From Hydrolagus affinis (Eukaryota), in contig JAAILG010000062.1 in assembly GCA_012026655.1 (NCBI GenBank), forward strand, positions 1 through 64,000: 64,000 nucleotides of DNA, in the 5' to 3' direction. A model generated the notes under the pieces. It had not been told where the DNA came from. It saw only the letters and a program-made list of their open reading frames with translations, and ran no database searches. Shown one piece after another: positions 12,986-25,802 of the stretch (its first letter is position 1; each line of letters starts with the position of its first letter). Both the position numbers and the translations under genes were made by a program.

Positions 12986-13295
12986 GTCCTGTAGCTCAAT
13001 GGTTAGCGCACACTCGCCTTGCAAGCGAAAAACCTCAGTTGAATTCCAGGCAGGGTGAAACCTTGGATAAGTTTCCTTACTCTACATGCCTGATAATAAT
13101 CTCTCAAAAAAAGCAATAATAATTTGGTCACTCAATCCACAACTGTTTGTAGGGCACTGCTGTGAGCAATTGGCTGCCATGTTTCACCCATAAATATGCA
13201 GTCAATTCACATTACAATATATTCTGTGAAGCGCTTTGAGATGTCTAGAAGACATGGATAGTGCTATATTAAATGCAAGGATTATTATTATTATT
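12986..13295 (+). mobile_element. Full-length young tRNA(Ala)-like SINE
   Basis: GTCCTGTAGCTCAATGGTTAG (A box), CTCGC-CTTGCAA-GCGAA anticodon-like arm (TGC), GTTGAATTCC (B box-like), tail GTGAAGCGCTTTGAGATGTC...AAATGCAAGGA(TTA)n. Confidence 0.93.
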
Positions 13296-13839
13296 AGCTA
13301 CAGACTCCATAAAGTCAGGACAAAGCAGGTGAAATCTTTGGGGGTACCACGATTGGGTACCACGGTGTACCTCCCTCCCATACTCTTAGGTTGCAGAGGG
13401 AAAAAAATTAAAAGGACTCTTGATTGTTCTCCAGACTATAGACTACTGTTAGAAGTATGTATGTGTGGCTACTGGTGAAGGTGTTATCAGACTAAGTTGC
13501 AATGGTCATACAATTACTGCAAGACGACCGACACTTGGCTTGAACTTCCAAGTTACTGGAGGATGTTTCCTTATATAAAACAAATCATTTGGGAGAGGGA
13601 GCAGCAAGGGAAGCCAGCAAAACGAAGAACATATATTCATGAAGATAAAAAACAAATTAGAATTGTTTGAAGGCCTGGTTTGTCATATGGTGATCAGAAT
13701 TAAAGCTGCCCTTTGTGCTGTTGAACCTTTTGTCTGTGGAAAAAGAAGGGAGTTTCCAAAGGGCTCGGCATTTCTCAAAAGCAATACAATGTGTGGGGTG
13801 GGGGAGGGAGTAGGCTGCTGTTCAAGAAAAGTTGCTTGT

Positions 13840-14075
13840 CTATTACTGCACAAAACACATCTGGCATCAGCACTTCATCAGATTTAAGGCTGTGTGATTT
13901 CTTTTTGTGGAATTACCTGGAGAAATGTGTATGTGCTGACAACCACATTACCCTGCAGCAACTTAAGACCAACATCAAATGTGAAATCAGAACTCCCTCA
14001 GATATAATTTCAACAGTTGTAGACAAGTTCAGTGTTCGTGCAGCTGTTGTAATCCAGTAACAAGGCGTGAAAGCC
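13840..14075 (+). pseudogene. Fossil Tc1/mariner-superfamily transposase C-terminus (maT/rosa-like)
   Basis: SDLRLCDFFLWNYLEKCVCADNHITLQQLKTNIKCEIRT matches the conserved 'SPDLTPCDFFLWGYLKxxVYxxxPxTLxxLKxxIxxEI' block. A frameshifted upstream W marks the WPxxSPDL motif. Confidence 0.85.
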
Positions 14076-14571
14076 AAGAATATTCTACCCAGTTAGCTGT
14101 GCCCAGAGAAAATACTCGATTCCTTCTGAATATATATGGTTAAAATAAACCTCCTAACCTTGTTTTTTGAAAGAATGCCTGTTTTTTGTATTTTGTGATT
14201 GGCACTGACGTTATTCTGTTTCAAACCCCTGAGGTTTATTCTTGTGTAGCAGTTTTCTTCCCTGATTTTTTTTTAAAAAATGCATGAAAAAGAGTTTGTG
14301 GATTTTGTTTGAAAAGCAGACTTTAGTAGAAATCACAACTTGATTCATGTAAGCAGTTCACCTGGTCCATGCTCATCTCATGACATCAAGTACATTTATC
14401 AGCTGAGTGACGTGTTTTGACGTCAACAAATGTGAGTTATTCATTCATCATATGGATGCATGAAGCATGCACATTAACTGTCATCGGTATACTTTGAACC
14501 AATAGCTCTGATGTAATATGGCTGCTGAGGTCACTGCAGAATAAGACCACATATCATTTCAACCCTGACAT

Positions 14572-14970
14572 TAATAATCCTAGCATTTGATTTCATGCCT
14601 TCCCATGTTGTTGAGATACCTTAAAATACTTTACAGATTTTACTGTGATGTGTAGTGACTGTGAATTTATAGGTGAACATGGCGGACAATTTGTCCAAGA
14701 AGCAGACCTGAACTGAATAAACAGTTTTATTTGAGGAATTGTTGTCCAGAACAATGGGAGAAATTTTCCTTTCGAATAGTTCCATAGAATTAATGTCCAC
14801 CAGAAAGGCAGATTGTAGTTAAACATCTATTTCGAAGCATTGCCCTTCCAAGAACATAGCAGACTCCACACACTATTTTGCAGTATTGGCTGTGAGTTCA
14901 AAGTCCCAATGTAGGTTAAGAAGCCCACAACCTTCTGACTCAGAGGCAAGAGTGATACCAACCACTACCA
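14572..14970 (-). mobile_element. Full-length old DeuSINE (SacSINE1-like)
   Basis: Tail TAATAATCCTAGCATTTGA, Deu-like core, and head AAGCCCACAACCTTCTGACTCAGAGGCAAGAGTGATACCAAC. Confidence 0.85.
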
Positions 14971-14986
14971 ACTGACAGCTATTCCA

Positions 14987-15272
14987 GAGTCCTGTACCTC
15001 AGTGATTAGAGTCTCGCCTTGAGAGACCTGGGTTTGATTCCCAGAAGAGAGAAACCGTGGACAAGTTTCCTTACTCCACACGGCTGATAATAATCCCTCA
15101 AGAAAGCCACCACCCCCCCCAAAAAAAAAAATCCATGACTGTTGCCACATTTTGCCCCAAAATATACAGTCAATTCACTTTACAGTATATTCTGTGAAGC
15201 AATTTGGTACTCCTAGAAGCCGTGAAAAGTGCAAGAAATCAGATGCAAGAAATATTATTTTTTATTATTATT
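14987..15272 (+). mobile_element. Young tRNA-derived SINE with internal deletion
   Basis: GAGTCCTGTACCTCAGTGATTAGAG...GACCTGGGTTTGATTCCC (A/B boxes) and tail ...TCAGATGCAAGAAATATTATT. Possible 7-bp TSD TATTCCA/TATTCAA. Confidence 0.9.
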
Positions 15273-16904
15273 CAACATAAGTAGTTCGAGCCAGATTTTG
15301 GAAGCCATTAACACATAGGTTTAAGATCAAATTGGAGACGAGATTTAACTTGGTATTTGTAAGATGTTTTTAAACCCCCTGGGCTACTTCTCAGTCCCAC
15401 TCAGTGAAGAATCCTACTAATGCGCTTAAGGCGTCAAAGCAAAGTTAACTTCTGAACTGTTGAGCTATGTTTCTCCAAGCATCCTTGTTTCCCTTTGGAG
15501 TAGAAATAAGTTACATTCTTCATGAGATTTTATTATCTGCCTTTTCCACTTATATTTATTCTCCTGGTGGGAAGACTGATGACTCATTTCCAACTCTAGC
15601 TGCAAACACTGGAGCATCAATCGTTTCACATCCACCTCAGCCCCCCCCACCCCAGCCTCACTCCCGAGATATCTTATATGTTATTTAAAATGTTTATATT
15701 ACTGGACATAAGTATGTTAGTAAAGTGTGGAATGAGATGGGGTAAGAAGTGAAATACTATACAATTTTCTTTAAAAAACACATGCAACAGGACAATTGGC
15801 AGTAAATAAACAATGGAATTGAGGTGAATTTCAGTGAATAATAGTGAGCTAGCTGACTAACTTGCTTCTAAAGTATAACTGGTCTGTGTCACTCAACTTT
15901 TTTTTCAATGTTTGTCCATGTTTATTAACATGTTGAAAATAATAGTTTGTTAAGAATACATATTAGAAGTTCTAATCCATGAATTCCATAAATGAGCAAA
16001 GTTCTGAATTTTAAGTGGTTTTTAACTGTGTTCTGAACCTCATGTTTACAACCTTGCTTTTTTATATATCTCCTGTAGAATAATATCCCAGGCTATTTTG
16101 TTGGAACTAAGTCTAATTTTGCATTAAAAAAACTGTGAATGCTAATGTCAGCCGCCACTGCGGTCAGTGTTATTGATGTATGATGGAATTCATACCCAAT
16201 TTATACAGAAATAATTTGCTGTTAATTATCAGGACATTCGGTCTTAAATTTTTTTTAACTTCTCTCTCAAGTTTAGTTTAAAACTCAGTAGTTATAATTA
16301 CAGTAGTAAGAACAATGCTCTATGGACATCCATTTTTCTGCAGAATAGGAATAATACTGTGGTTTTTCATCACTGGGGAATGTCATAGATTCTTTATTAT
16401 GTCATGTAGTTCTCAGTTTGATGATATTAATACAGCCAATTTGTGGTTTGCTGTTGTGTGCCAAATTTTTTAAAAAAAAATAAACTTTCCATTGAACTTT
16501 GACGAACAGAATAGCTATTTCAATATTTTGTTTGAAAAAAAGTTAATATTTTATATCTTAGTCACAGTGCATTGGCTGACTAAAATTATCTCAAATTTCC
16601 TGGAATAAACTCCCCAAAAAGTGTTTTTCTTCCCTTCCCCTCTTGTCACGTGCGCTAGTAAACAAGGCAGTGATAGAATTGGGATTCTGCATAAATGCTT
16701 CAGTCTTGGCAAAGAATATTGATCATGAAAGGTTTGGATGAAGATGACAATTTGGCTCATTGATCTTACCCATCCAGAATACCTACCCTAAAACCATTTC
16801 ATTGCAGCATCTAGCTGTTTTCCAATTGTTCACAGAAATTAACAGTATCAACAATTTTCATTAATCTAAAGCCCCTGATTCTTTGCTGAGTTAAGGCTAT
16901 GCCC

Positions 16905-17008
16905 ATACTCTTTCTACCCCTGCTCCTAGCTCGGTCCCGGGATCCGTTGTTGTGAAGTGCTCTGAGATGCTTGCGTGAAGGGCGCTATATAAATCTAAAT
17001 TGTTTTTT
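16905..17008 (+). mobile_element. L2 LINE 3' terminus
   Basis: GTTGTGAAGTGCTCTGAGATGCTTGCGTGAAGGGCGCTATATAAATCTAAATTGTT is the typical L2 3' stem-loop and tail. Confidence 0.85.
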
Positions 17009-18390
17009 ATGCATATCTGTAAGGTTACAGGCAATGAACATCCCGTATTTTATGATCCCACAACAGAAGTTCAGGTGAGTTGAAGTCATGGCCCACCAAC
17101 ATTGCAGGAACCCCAACTCTAACTTTGTTTAACTCAAACCCTATTAGGTGACTACAGTTCTGACAGAGTTGCTTGTGAGTTTGGAAAGAGTTCTTCAAGA
17201 GTGGAATTGACCAAGTGTTATGCTGTTCTCAATTATGCATTCTATTTATTCAGTTCTGGGAATGATTTTAGTTAGAACGAAAGCATATGCCTTGAATATT
17301 CTTGTTTGCATCTATAAAGGCTATTTTGGCAGGAAATGTAAGTTAACTATGCATGGTTACAGCCAAACCATTGGTATGATAGTATATCTAATGAGCTAAT
17401 ACAAGGAAAGGAGGTTGAGTCACTCATGGTATTACATACAAGGAAAAAATGAACAATGAAGAGACAACTGAAGGGACTAAAAAAGGAATAATATATAGTG
17501 GATACTTATAAATAACTGATACAACGGAGTAGAAAGATATGCTCAGTAACTATGCGGTAGTTCTTTCTGCATGGTTTCCTCCATTGTTGCTGAAGGGCAT
17601 GGAAAAGAATGAGCAGGATGTCACTTTTGTGAGCTGTTGCTAAACTGATGTGTGCAGGAAGGAATTGATTTTGAAAACAGCTGGAGAAATTTTGGAAGTA
17701 CTTTCACATAGAATTCCTGTATTGTCACAATACTTGATTTCACACCTTACAAACCTCAATTCCACACCTTGATTGACTACCTTTATGATGTCTGTTCTCT
17801 TCAGGCAAATATTTTTAACATCCTTTTTGCCTCACTACCTGTGGTGGGCTCATTGGTTCATCCTAATTTGAGGAAATAATTAAGTGAGCTCCAGTCATGA
17901 TTATATCTCAAAAGTCAGTACATTTGAAAAATTTTGCATGCATACTGAAATGCCTGTTTAGAGGATATGATGTAATACAGTGACTTTTATCTTTTTAATG
18001 ATAGATATATGTCATACAAAACTGCCTTGTGAAGATGTTAAATTCGACGTTAATCCCATTTACACGTGAGATTTTTCCCCCTTTATTCATGAAATAAATA
18101 CATAAACCAACTTCATGGAGTATTAAACGTACCTCCCTCTCTCTTCTCTGGAAGAGCAGTAGCATTGCGATAATTGAAAACTGAACATTAGATGTCAATT
18201 AATGATTTTCTTTGAAACATTGTTGATCAGCTTCAGACAAACAACGCAGGGTGTATTACACAGCAGCGATAGAAATGTAAAAATCACTTTGTGCAGTAAC
18301 CAATGTGCTCAGCAAATCATTGTCGATTTTGCTGCTCATTACTGCCTCCAGTTCATCTTGCTTCACTCAGTAGCAACAGGCACACAATAT

Positions 18391-18503
18391 AACAATAATA
18401 ATCCTTGCATTTGATATAGCGCCTTATCATGACATTGAGACATCTAAAAGCACTTCACAGAATATATTGTAATGTAAATTGACTGTGTATTTTGTGGGCA
18501 AAA
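18391..18503 (-). mobile_element. SINE 3' tail
   Basis: AATAATAATCCTTGCATTTGATATAGCGCC...GCACTTCACAGAATATATTGTAA. Confidence 0.88.
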
Positions 18504-19878
18504 TATATATCCTGAATAAAGGTGGGGGATGCTTTAGGGAACCACATGCCATCATAAACTGAAGATCGAGCGAGTTTATAACAGCCCATGAAATGTTATT
18601 GTTAACTCTCTATATTTTCAGTCCTAATACACTTCAATTTCATCTTTATTGTAAAACATTTCTTTGAGCATGCTTTATCAAAGCGTTGTTAGCCCATCTC
18701 TGACCTTGGTAAATGTCTACAATGTACATGCATTACTGGAAATCTATCTATTTAAATAATCGCTCTATAGTGTGTAACATTAAAGTATTTTGGTAAATTC
18801 CACTGATCTTGGTTTAAAAAACGTTCAATTTGTGCATAAAGGATATTGCACGACAGAACACCAAACTTGTGACAGAGTGGGAGGATGTTAGTCCACGTGC
18901 AGGATTTCATGCACTGTAGGTTCCTGATCCTTGCTGGCCTATAAGATAAAGGGGAGCAGGGCTAAGTGGCTGATTGGAAGGAAGAGAGGGAAAATCAAGC
19001 TGTAAATCAGTGTGATCTATCCCCATAATTTACCTCCCAGCGGCTGGTTATGGTGCAGCATTGGCGAGAGGCCAAAGGACTGAATATCTCCATACCCTTC
19101 GGTCCACAGACAGCACATTACACTTAAGAACCTAGTAAACAGGAGATTTAAAATGTGAGGGAGAAATCATTTCAAACTTAAAACAATAGGAATGTAGCTG
19201 AGCAGAATGAAGTGGTTCATAGGGATTTGGATTTGTGCTATATCTGAACGGTTGGAAACCTACAACAGGTCAATCAGACCAGCATCTGTAGATTTTTCTT
19301 GTCCCATACAATGGTAAATACAACAACCAAGTAAGCACTGAAACAGGCGGTTTTGTTTCACTTAAACTGCCTATGCAGCTACATATACTTCTGCATGTCA
19401 CCTGTTCACAGAAACTGAGCTCACTTTGGCGGCTTTCAATGGTTCAGGCTTATTGCATAGTATTCTCAGACATCTTCGAACTGCTTTTTGTAAAACTCTG
19501 GTTCAGAGTTCAAGTGTGATTACATACACTCATGCCATGGTACGATGCTGCGTTTAAAACCTATGGAAGCCTTGGTTGTATTGGCTTAAAAGCACCATAG
19601 GCAATCTCTCCTGGGATGAAGTAAATCCTATCAGCCTCCTATAGTGTCCCAGCTGTCAGTGTCAAAACTAGCTTAACCTTTTTTCTTGCTGTGCAGAAAA
19701 AAACGATTTTTTTTGCAGTATTTTCACCATGGTGAGCTAATCCTAATGATTCAGAGCATGGTGCTATAAATAGTGAGTGGGCTGCAGAACATAATGTTGA
19801 GGTTTACCTTACACACCCTCGGCTCTCCGCTGGTGGTAATGATCAGATTAAGAAATTCAAATATTCCATCTTCAAGCA

Positions 19879-19909
19879 ACACACACACACACAGACATAC
19901 ACACACACA
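19879..19909. repeat. Imperfect (CA)n microsatellite
   Basis: Directly visible. Confidence 0.9.
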
Positions 19910-22900
19910 AAGACTCATTTAAGAAAGGTACTGCATTTTGAATAAAACGCAACCAACCTGCAAGAATATGTCCTTTAAGTGTGATTTTATTTTTCTTGGG
20001 AAAATGGCGAGTGTGTGCAGAAATGCATTTGAATGTCTTTTTCATTCTATGTTGTCTGCAATATAATCTATCTGATTTATTATTAGTAGTTTGTGTAATG
20101 TAATCTAGCTGCAGATTACTCAGTTCAGATGATAAATTCCACTAGGAGAGCCAAATCTCTTTACAGTAATACTCTGGCTGATAATTCCAAGATAATGACA
20201 TTACAAACCAGCTCTTAGTGTTATTAATTCTGCTATCTTCAAAACAACTGCTGGAAATAGAATTTAAGACCAGACTACATGTGTTCATGGGTTTAAATAC
20301 AAGAATATTGCCGACACAGTGTAAGCCAATCTCAACCTTTTAAAAGCTGCTCTTGTCGGATACCCAAACTGCGCAATAGTGGTCAGACCTTGTGAATGGC
20401 TTCTGTTCTGTCATTTGAAAAATGGGCTTGCTTCTAAATTAATTTGCTTCAGATTAATTATATTTATCATCTGTACAGATCTTTGGTTTACACGGATGTT
20501 CTATTTGCCACCGTCTAGAAATGTTTGCATTTTGGTGGGGCATATATTTTTATACTGCACTGTTATCTTGTTTTTAATATTGAATTCCTTTTGTACAGCT
20601 ATTTTATTCCCTTCTGGTTCTTTGAATGCTGCTTGAAATACAGAACAACAGGTATAAGTACAAGCAATTATGGACTTTGTTTCGTATTCACCAGTGAACT
20701 CTCTATAGTCCCCGCTCTTTCTTTTCTTTTGAAAAAAAATTGTTTTTCACAGTCCCTCAGCTCCTTGCTGTATTCTCCAGTCAGTAAGGCATGCAGCTGA
20801 GCTGCAGATTCCTTCAAAGCCACATACAGCAGAGCTCCACTGTTGTTCAGCAGAAGGTACATTGCCACTGACTAGACGGATGATGTAGTCGTATTCTCCA
20901 GAATAGAATGTCGCAGCCAGTAACCTAGTGGAGAAATGTTATCACTCATTACCCTCACAGAATAGTGAGTAAGATGTTTTGCCTGTGAGCAGATGAAGGA
21001 TCTCGCTCCTCTGCCTCCTTCCCCACTGCAAAAAAATGACTAGGAGGTGCCCTCTTTGTCTATAATACCTGTATTTCGATGTGCACATCTGTATGTAAGA
21101 CTATTTTTCATATTAAACAAAATAGGATTTAATCGCAAATTAAACCTGAGATCATTCTTCACTAATTACTTCTTTGTGAAGCAAAGTAGTAGATAAAGAG
21201 CCTACATCAGTCTCATCAAAATAAATTTACAACTCAGAGGGTGACATTATTATCAATGCGAATACAGCACAGCTTAAAGTGACATGTAAGCCATCAGATG
21301 GCAAACGTACTTTAAAGGAAACCTTTGATTTGCTTGATAGGACAGTTTTCATCCAGTCACACAGTAACAGATCGAAGATTGACAACATCACATCCTAGAA
21401 GCATCCCTGTCAATCTCCAGGCAGGAATTCAAATGGAAAGTCAGGACTGATGCTGCAAACAAGAAAGCATATCATGGAATCCAGGGAAAGATTACAGTTG
21501 ACGATCATTCTCTCATGGTTAACTTTTCACCGCTTTCACAAAGTCTTTGTTTCTTGGTCTTGCCACAACTATACTATAAAAGGGCTTCTTCTCCAGCCTT
21601 GCAGCCCAGCCAACCAATCCATTTTCAGTTGTGATCAAGACGCACACACAGAAAATGTTAACCTATCTTTCGAATTCAAGATTTTCCACGGCCTAACTAG
21701 CATTTTCTCTTTCTACTCAGATTTCCGAGACTCATGATTTTTTTTTTCCTTTTTATCTTGGCTCTGTTAGTGGGTGATGCAGGTTAACAACAGCAGTGTT
21801 CCATGTGTCAAGTTCCCAGTCTTAGCCGGAGGCATTGAAAAGAGACGCTAAATGGAGGGTAGTTGCCTGCCTGCGGGGGCAAAGGAAAACCACCACCTTC
21901 TATGGAGAGCTGCACTGGGGAGAGTCCTGAGGGCACATTGTCTGGCTGCCCTTCCACTCTGACACAAAACCAGGCATAGTGGATACGAGAAGAAACACAA
22001 AAGAGATTCTGTTTCCTAAAAATATGACATTTAAAAAAAAAACAATTTCATTTGAATGGTAAATATATCTACTTACAGTACGCCTGCTTTTATTCTGAGC
22101 TATCTTTCCTGTATACATAGTGCTTGTAAATTGTCCATTGCTTGTATTTATTCGCCACAGTTCTACCATAAAGAAGAGTCTTGGAACTGACGGGTGGCTA
22201 TTGCTTCACGCTAAGACTGCCCACCTTCTTCAGCAGATAAACCCTTCCTAAATCATTGATTCTCCTGCACCAGTGCTCACATATGATATGCTGTGTGTCA
22301 AGGGATATACGCAGAGGTAAAATAACGCCATCACCAGTTTACAAGAAATCTCTGCTGTTTCAGTGATGCCGTTTTACCTAAGATGGGAAACTTGATTTTT
22401 AAGAATGACAGGATTATGTCTCCTTGACATCCTGCCATTGCCAACAGAGTCTGTGTGAAGAAAGTGCGCATGACACAAGCACTATTGGAATTCATGGAAG
22501 GGCATCCTTCCTTCACTACGTAGCCTCAGCTAATAAATTCTGCCTGTTCAGTCTGATTTTAATATTATGTCTATCAGTGACTGGAAAGCATGAAGCTGCA
22601 TTAGCTGGAAGGAAATATTGTTTTATGGGTCAAAGAAGCTAACTCTATTTCCCAAATTGACATCAAACAGATTAGACAGTATTAGATGGAATCTCAGGGA
22701 AAAAAACCCCATAAGATTATTTATGATCGCTGTGTTCAAAAAGCAGCACTTGTAGCAGAAGATTTTATATTTAAATGTCACAGAATTTTCATGGAATGCT
22801 TTTCCTGCTTCGTACATTAAATATTTATGCAGTTTACAAAGTATCACTGGAGATCTAATGAGAACGTAAGAATGTTTGGTGATAGTCGCACCTCACATTG

Positions 22901-25469
22901 ATCCACCGCTATCCTTGCCTCATCTTGCCCTTTACTTACCTTGTCTACACCAAATCTTTTGCAACCTCCTTCTATTTGTAATACTAATGATGCACATCAA
23001 AACTGCCTTATTCCTTATACGTTGGCAGACATTTAAAACTATTCTTTATGCAGTTTAAGATTTTAAAATTCTTTCAACTTTTAGCGAAAGTGCACAACTA
23101 TTTTCGTAGCGCTATGATTTTAAAATCTTCCTTCTATGTTTGAGAGTTAAATAAGGTGGACAGTTGGTCATAACTCTTTAACTCCATTGTCATTTTGGAT
23201 GCAATGCTGTAGTTCGAAGCAACTGAGGCTGAAATAAACTCTCTCATCTCTGCTAATAGCTGCATCAGACCTCTTAAAACGCATCATCTTTATTTTCCTT
23301 TCCTTCAAATTGATTTCAAGGTCTGAAACGTCCTCCAAACCATTTTGTCTTTGTGCTTGTGACACCTTTCTGTACAGATGTAAACAAAGCAGGATTCACC
23401 TAATTTTTAAAATGTTGCCAGCAATGGAGAGAGAAGGCTGTTGCTATTTCCACGTTATCATGACAAAGAAAAAAAAACTTTGTTTTTATGAAATTTAGAG
23501 AGTAGATATGTGCTATATTATTATAGGTAAAATAGAAAATGTGTTTTGGCAATGTGCCTGATTTAAAATTTTAAATAATTGGAACATTGACTTTATCCTA
23601 TAACTCAACTATAACCATAAGACTAATCTTTATGATACTGAAAGCATATTCTCTCTGCTCTGCTCACTTGGACAATTGCATGATTGTTAAATGGTTAATT
23701 GGCTTAGTCTTTGTCCCACTAAACAGGCAATAAGTAATGCTCATCAAACTATGCTAAATGACTTTGTTTGTGCATGCAAATTAAGGTATTATAAAGTAGA
23801 CTGTCCTGTGTTACTCTGAAACCATAAATCCTTCTTACAGGAAGTAAATAAGTACTGTTGTGATCTTCTATCTAGTTTATGTAACTGATGTTCATGACAT
23901 GAGTCCGCTCATTCCAGAACGATAATGCTCATCAAAGAGCATTTTATTAAAAAAGAGCAGATGTAAACATTGCATGCAGCAATAGGCCAGAGAAGGCATT
24001 AATGTACGAATGCATTTTTCACCAACGTAATAATTCCTCTCACATGTGGGCTCTTGATACTATTTCCCATTTATGCAGCACATGTATTTAACATTTATGC
24101 TTAGGGTTGAGGCAGAAACACTGAATTCAGCCACCATAAATGATCAAGACCGCCAATGCTGATTCTAACATGAAAACTTTATTGTGCATTTTTCACCAGC
24201 TTTGCGGGATTATGCCATGACTTCCATTTCCATCCTTTCTTCACAAGATATGTAAAATAGAAAGAATGCTCAACATTTATCCTCATGAGTAAGCTAGTAA
24301 ACAATTATGCAAAAAAAAAGTTGCAGTGCATTGAGGCTAACGGGGGGTTTTCTGTATACTTTTCAGGCAACAATGTTTTTGCATTGAAACCCTTGCTGAC
24401 GGCCCTTGTTCTACTGCTCAGTGAAGGGAAATATAAGTTATACTGATCCACTTGGTGTGTAATTGAGCAGACCTATAGCATGTTAAAAAATTAGATTCAT
24501 GTGCTTAGACTGATCAGGTTAGCACACTATTATGGAGTCTTTGGAAGCTTTGTCAGTTTTTTATAGTATGCTGTGCATCCCATAGCATTACTACTTCTTA
24601 CAGCAGCCAGTCCTCAGATTTTGATGAAGCACTATTAGGAGAAAGGCAGATAAAGTAGATTTGCCTGTCTGTGGCAGGTCCAGTGCCTGATAGGCCCAAG
24701 GCTAAAAGGGTCGATCTAATTGAACAGCACTTTACTTAAAAGTGTGCCTTAACATTTTTATGGAGCTAGTCATGTAATGTATGTTCCTTACTAAGTTCAT
24801 TAATTCTTAAAAATATAAATCAATGCCAAAATGCTTAATGGGTTACTGCAGTTTGAGAATATTCCCATTTGAAGCTTTTCATGTAAACACACTCCAGTGT
24901 AACTTTTTATCTGTAATGATTGCAAACATGTTGAATCAGCCTTGCTCGTTGATTGTTGACATTCCAATTGAAGCTGTTGTATATTTCTATTTTTTATGTG
25001 ATGCATATCATCCACAGTAACGTAGTCTCAGTTATGTTATTGTAAGATATCTTCACTTTCTAAGGCATAGTTAGGAAAATCTGAACCTGAAATAATAAAG
25101 TACCCATTTATTTTATTGATCAAATTATTTTCCAATAATAATAGCACAAATCTTATCAACTAAAGCTCCAAAATAGGGTCAGGTCCATTGCCTTAACTAG
25201 CCAGCTTCTGATTTTCCATTTTCAAATGGGAGGCCAGGTAAGATATAAGATGACTATTGAGGCAAGAGAGCTGCTGTATTCAAATTTTTTTGGAGAGAAG
25301 AGAGGGTGGAAGCTGCAACAATGAAATGTTCATTAACCACACGCTCCCTGTTTCAAACAGAGATTGCCACATATTTGTTTATCGACAATAATACAAACCA
25401 AACCAAGCAATAGCAAGCAGATTAACCGCCTGTTCCACTATTTTACTACATTATTATCAAATCTTTTAA

Positions 25470-25802
25470 TCCCATTTCTCCATCTATCTCCAAATTCCTT
25501 AATACCAGGATAAACAACCTTATTATGTTTATTTTACCTTGGCTTCCCAAGTACCTGTCTACCTCTGTTTAAAATGCGCAATTGATTCTGCAGTTATGGC
25601 CTCCTGGGGCAGTGCATTCCACACTGACAAAATCTTTTGTGAGAAGAAACGTTTTCTGATTTCACTCTTAACTTGTTAACTTTAATTTTAAGATGATGAC
25701 CCCTTATTTTTGTTCCCTCCACCAGAGAGAAATCAGCTCCTATCTAGCTTGTCAATTATTTTAAACACCTCAATCAGATCACCTTATCTAATCTCTTTTT
25801 GC
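25470..25802 (-). mobile_element. CR1 LINE 3' end
   Basis: Minus strand encodes GDLIEVFKII...RGHHLK...FFSQ...WNALP-like CR1 ORF2 C-terminal motifs (plus strand TTTAAACACCTCAATCAGATCACC, GATGATGACCCCTT, GGGGCAGTGCATTCCAC). Confidence 0.85.

Noticed and set aside
12986-13056. Apparent tRNA-Ala gene
   Set aside because: It is a SINE head: the acceptor stem does not close and it continues into the SINE body and tail.
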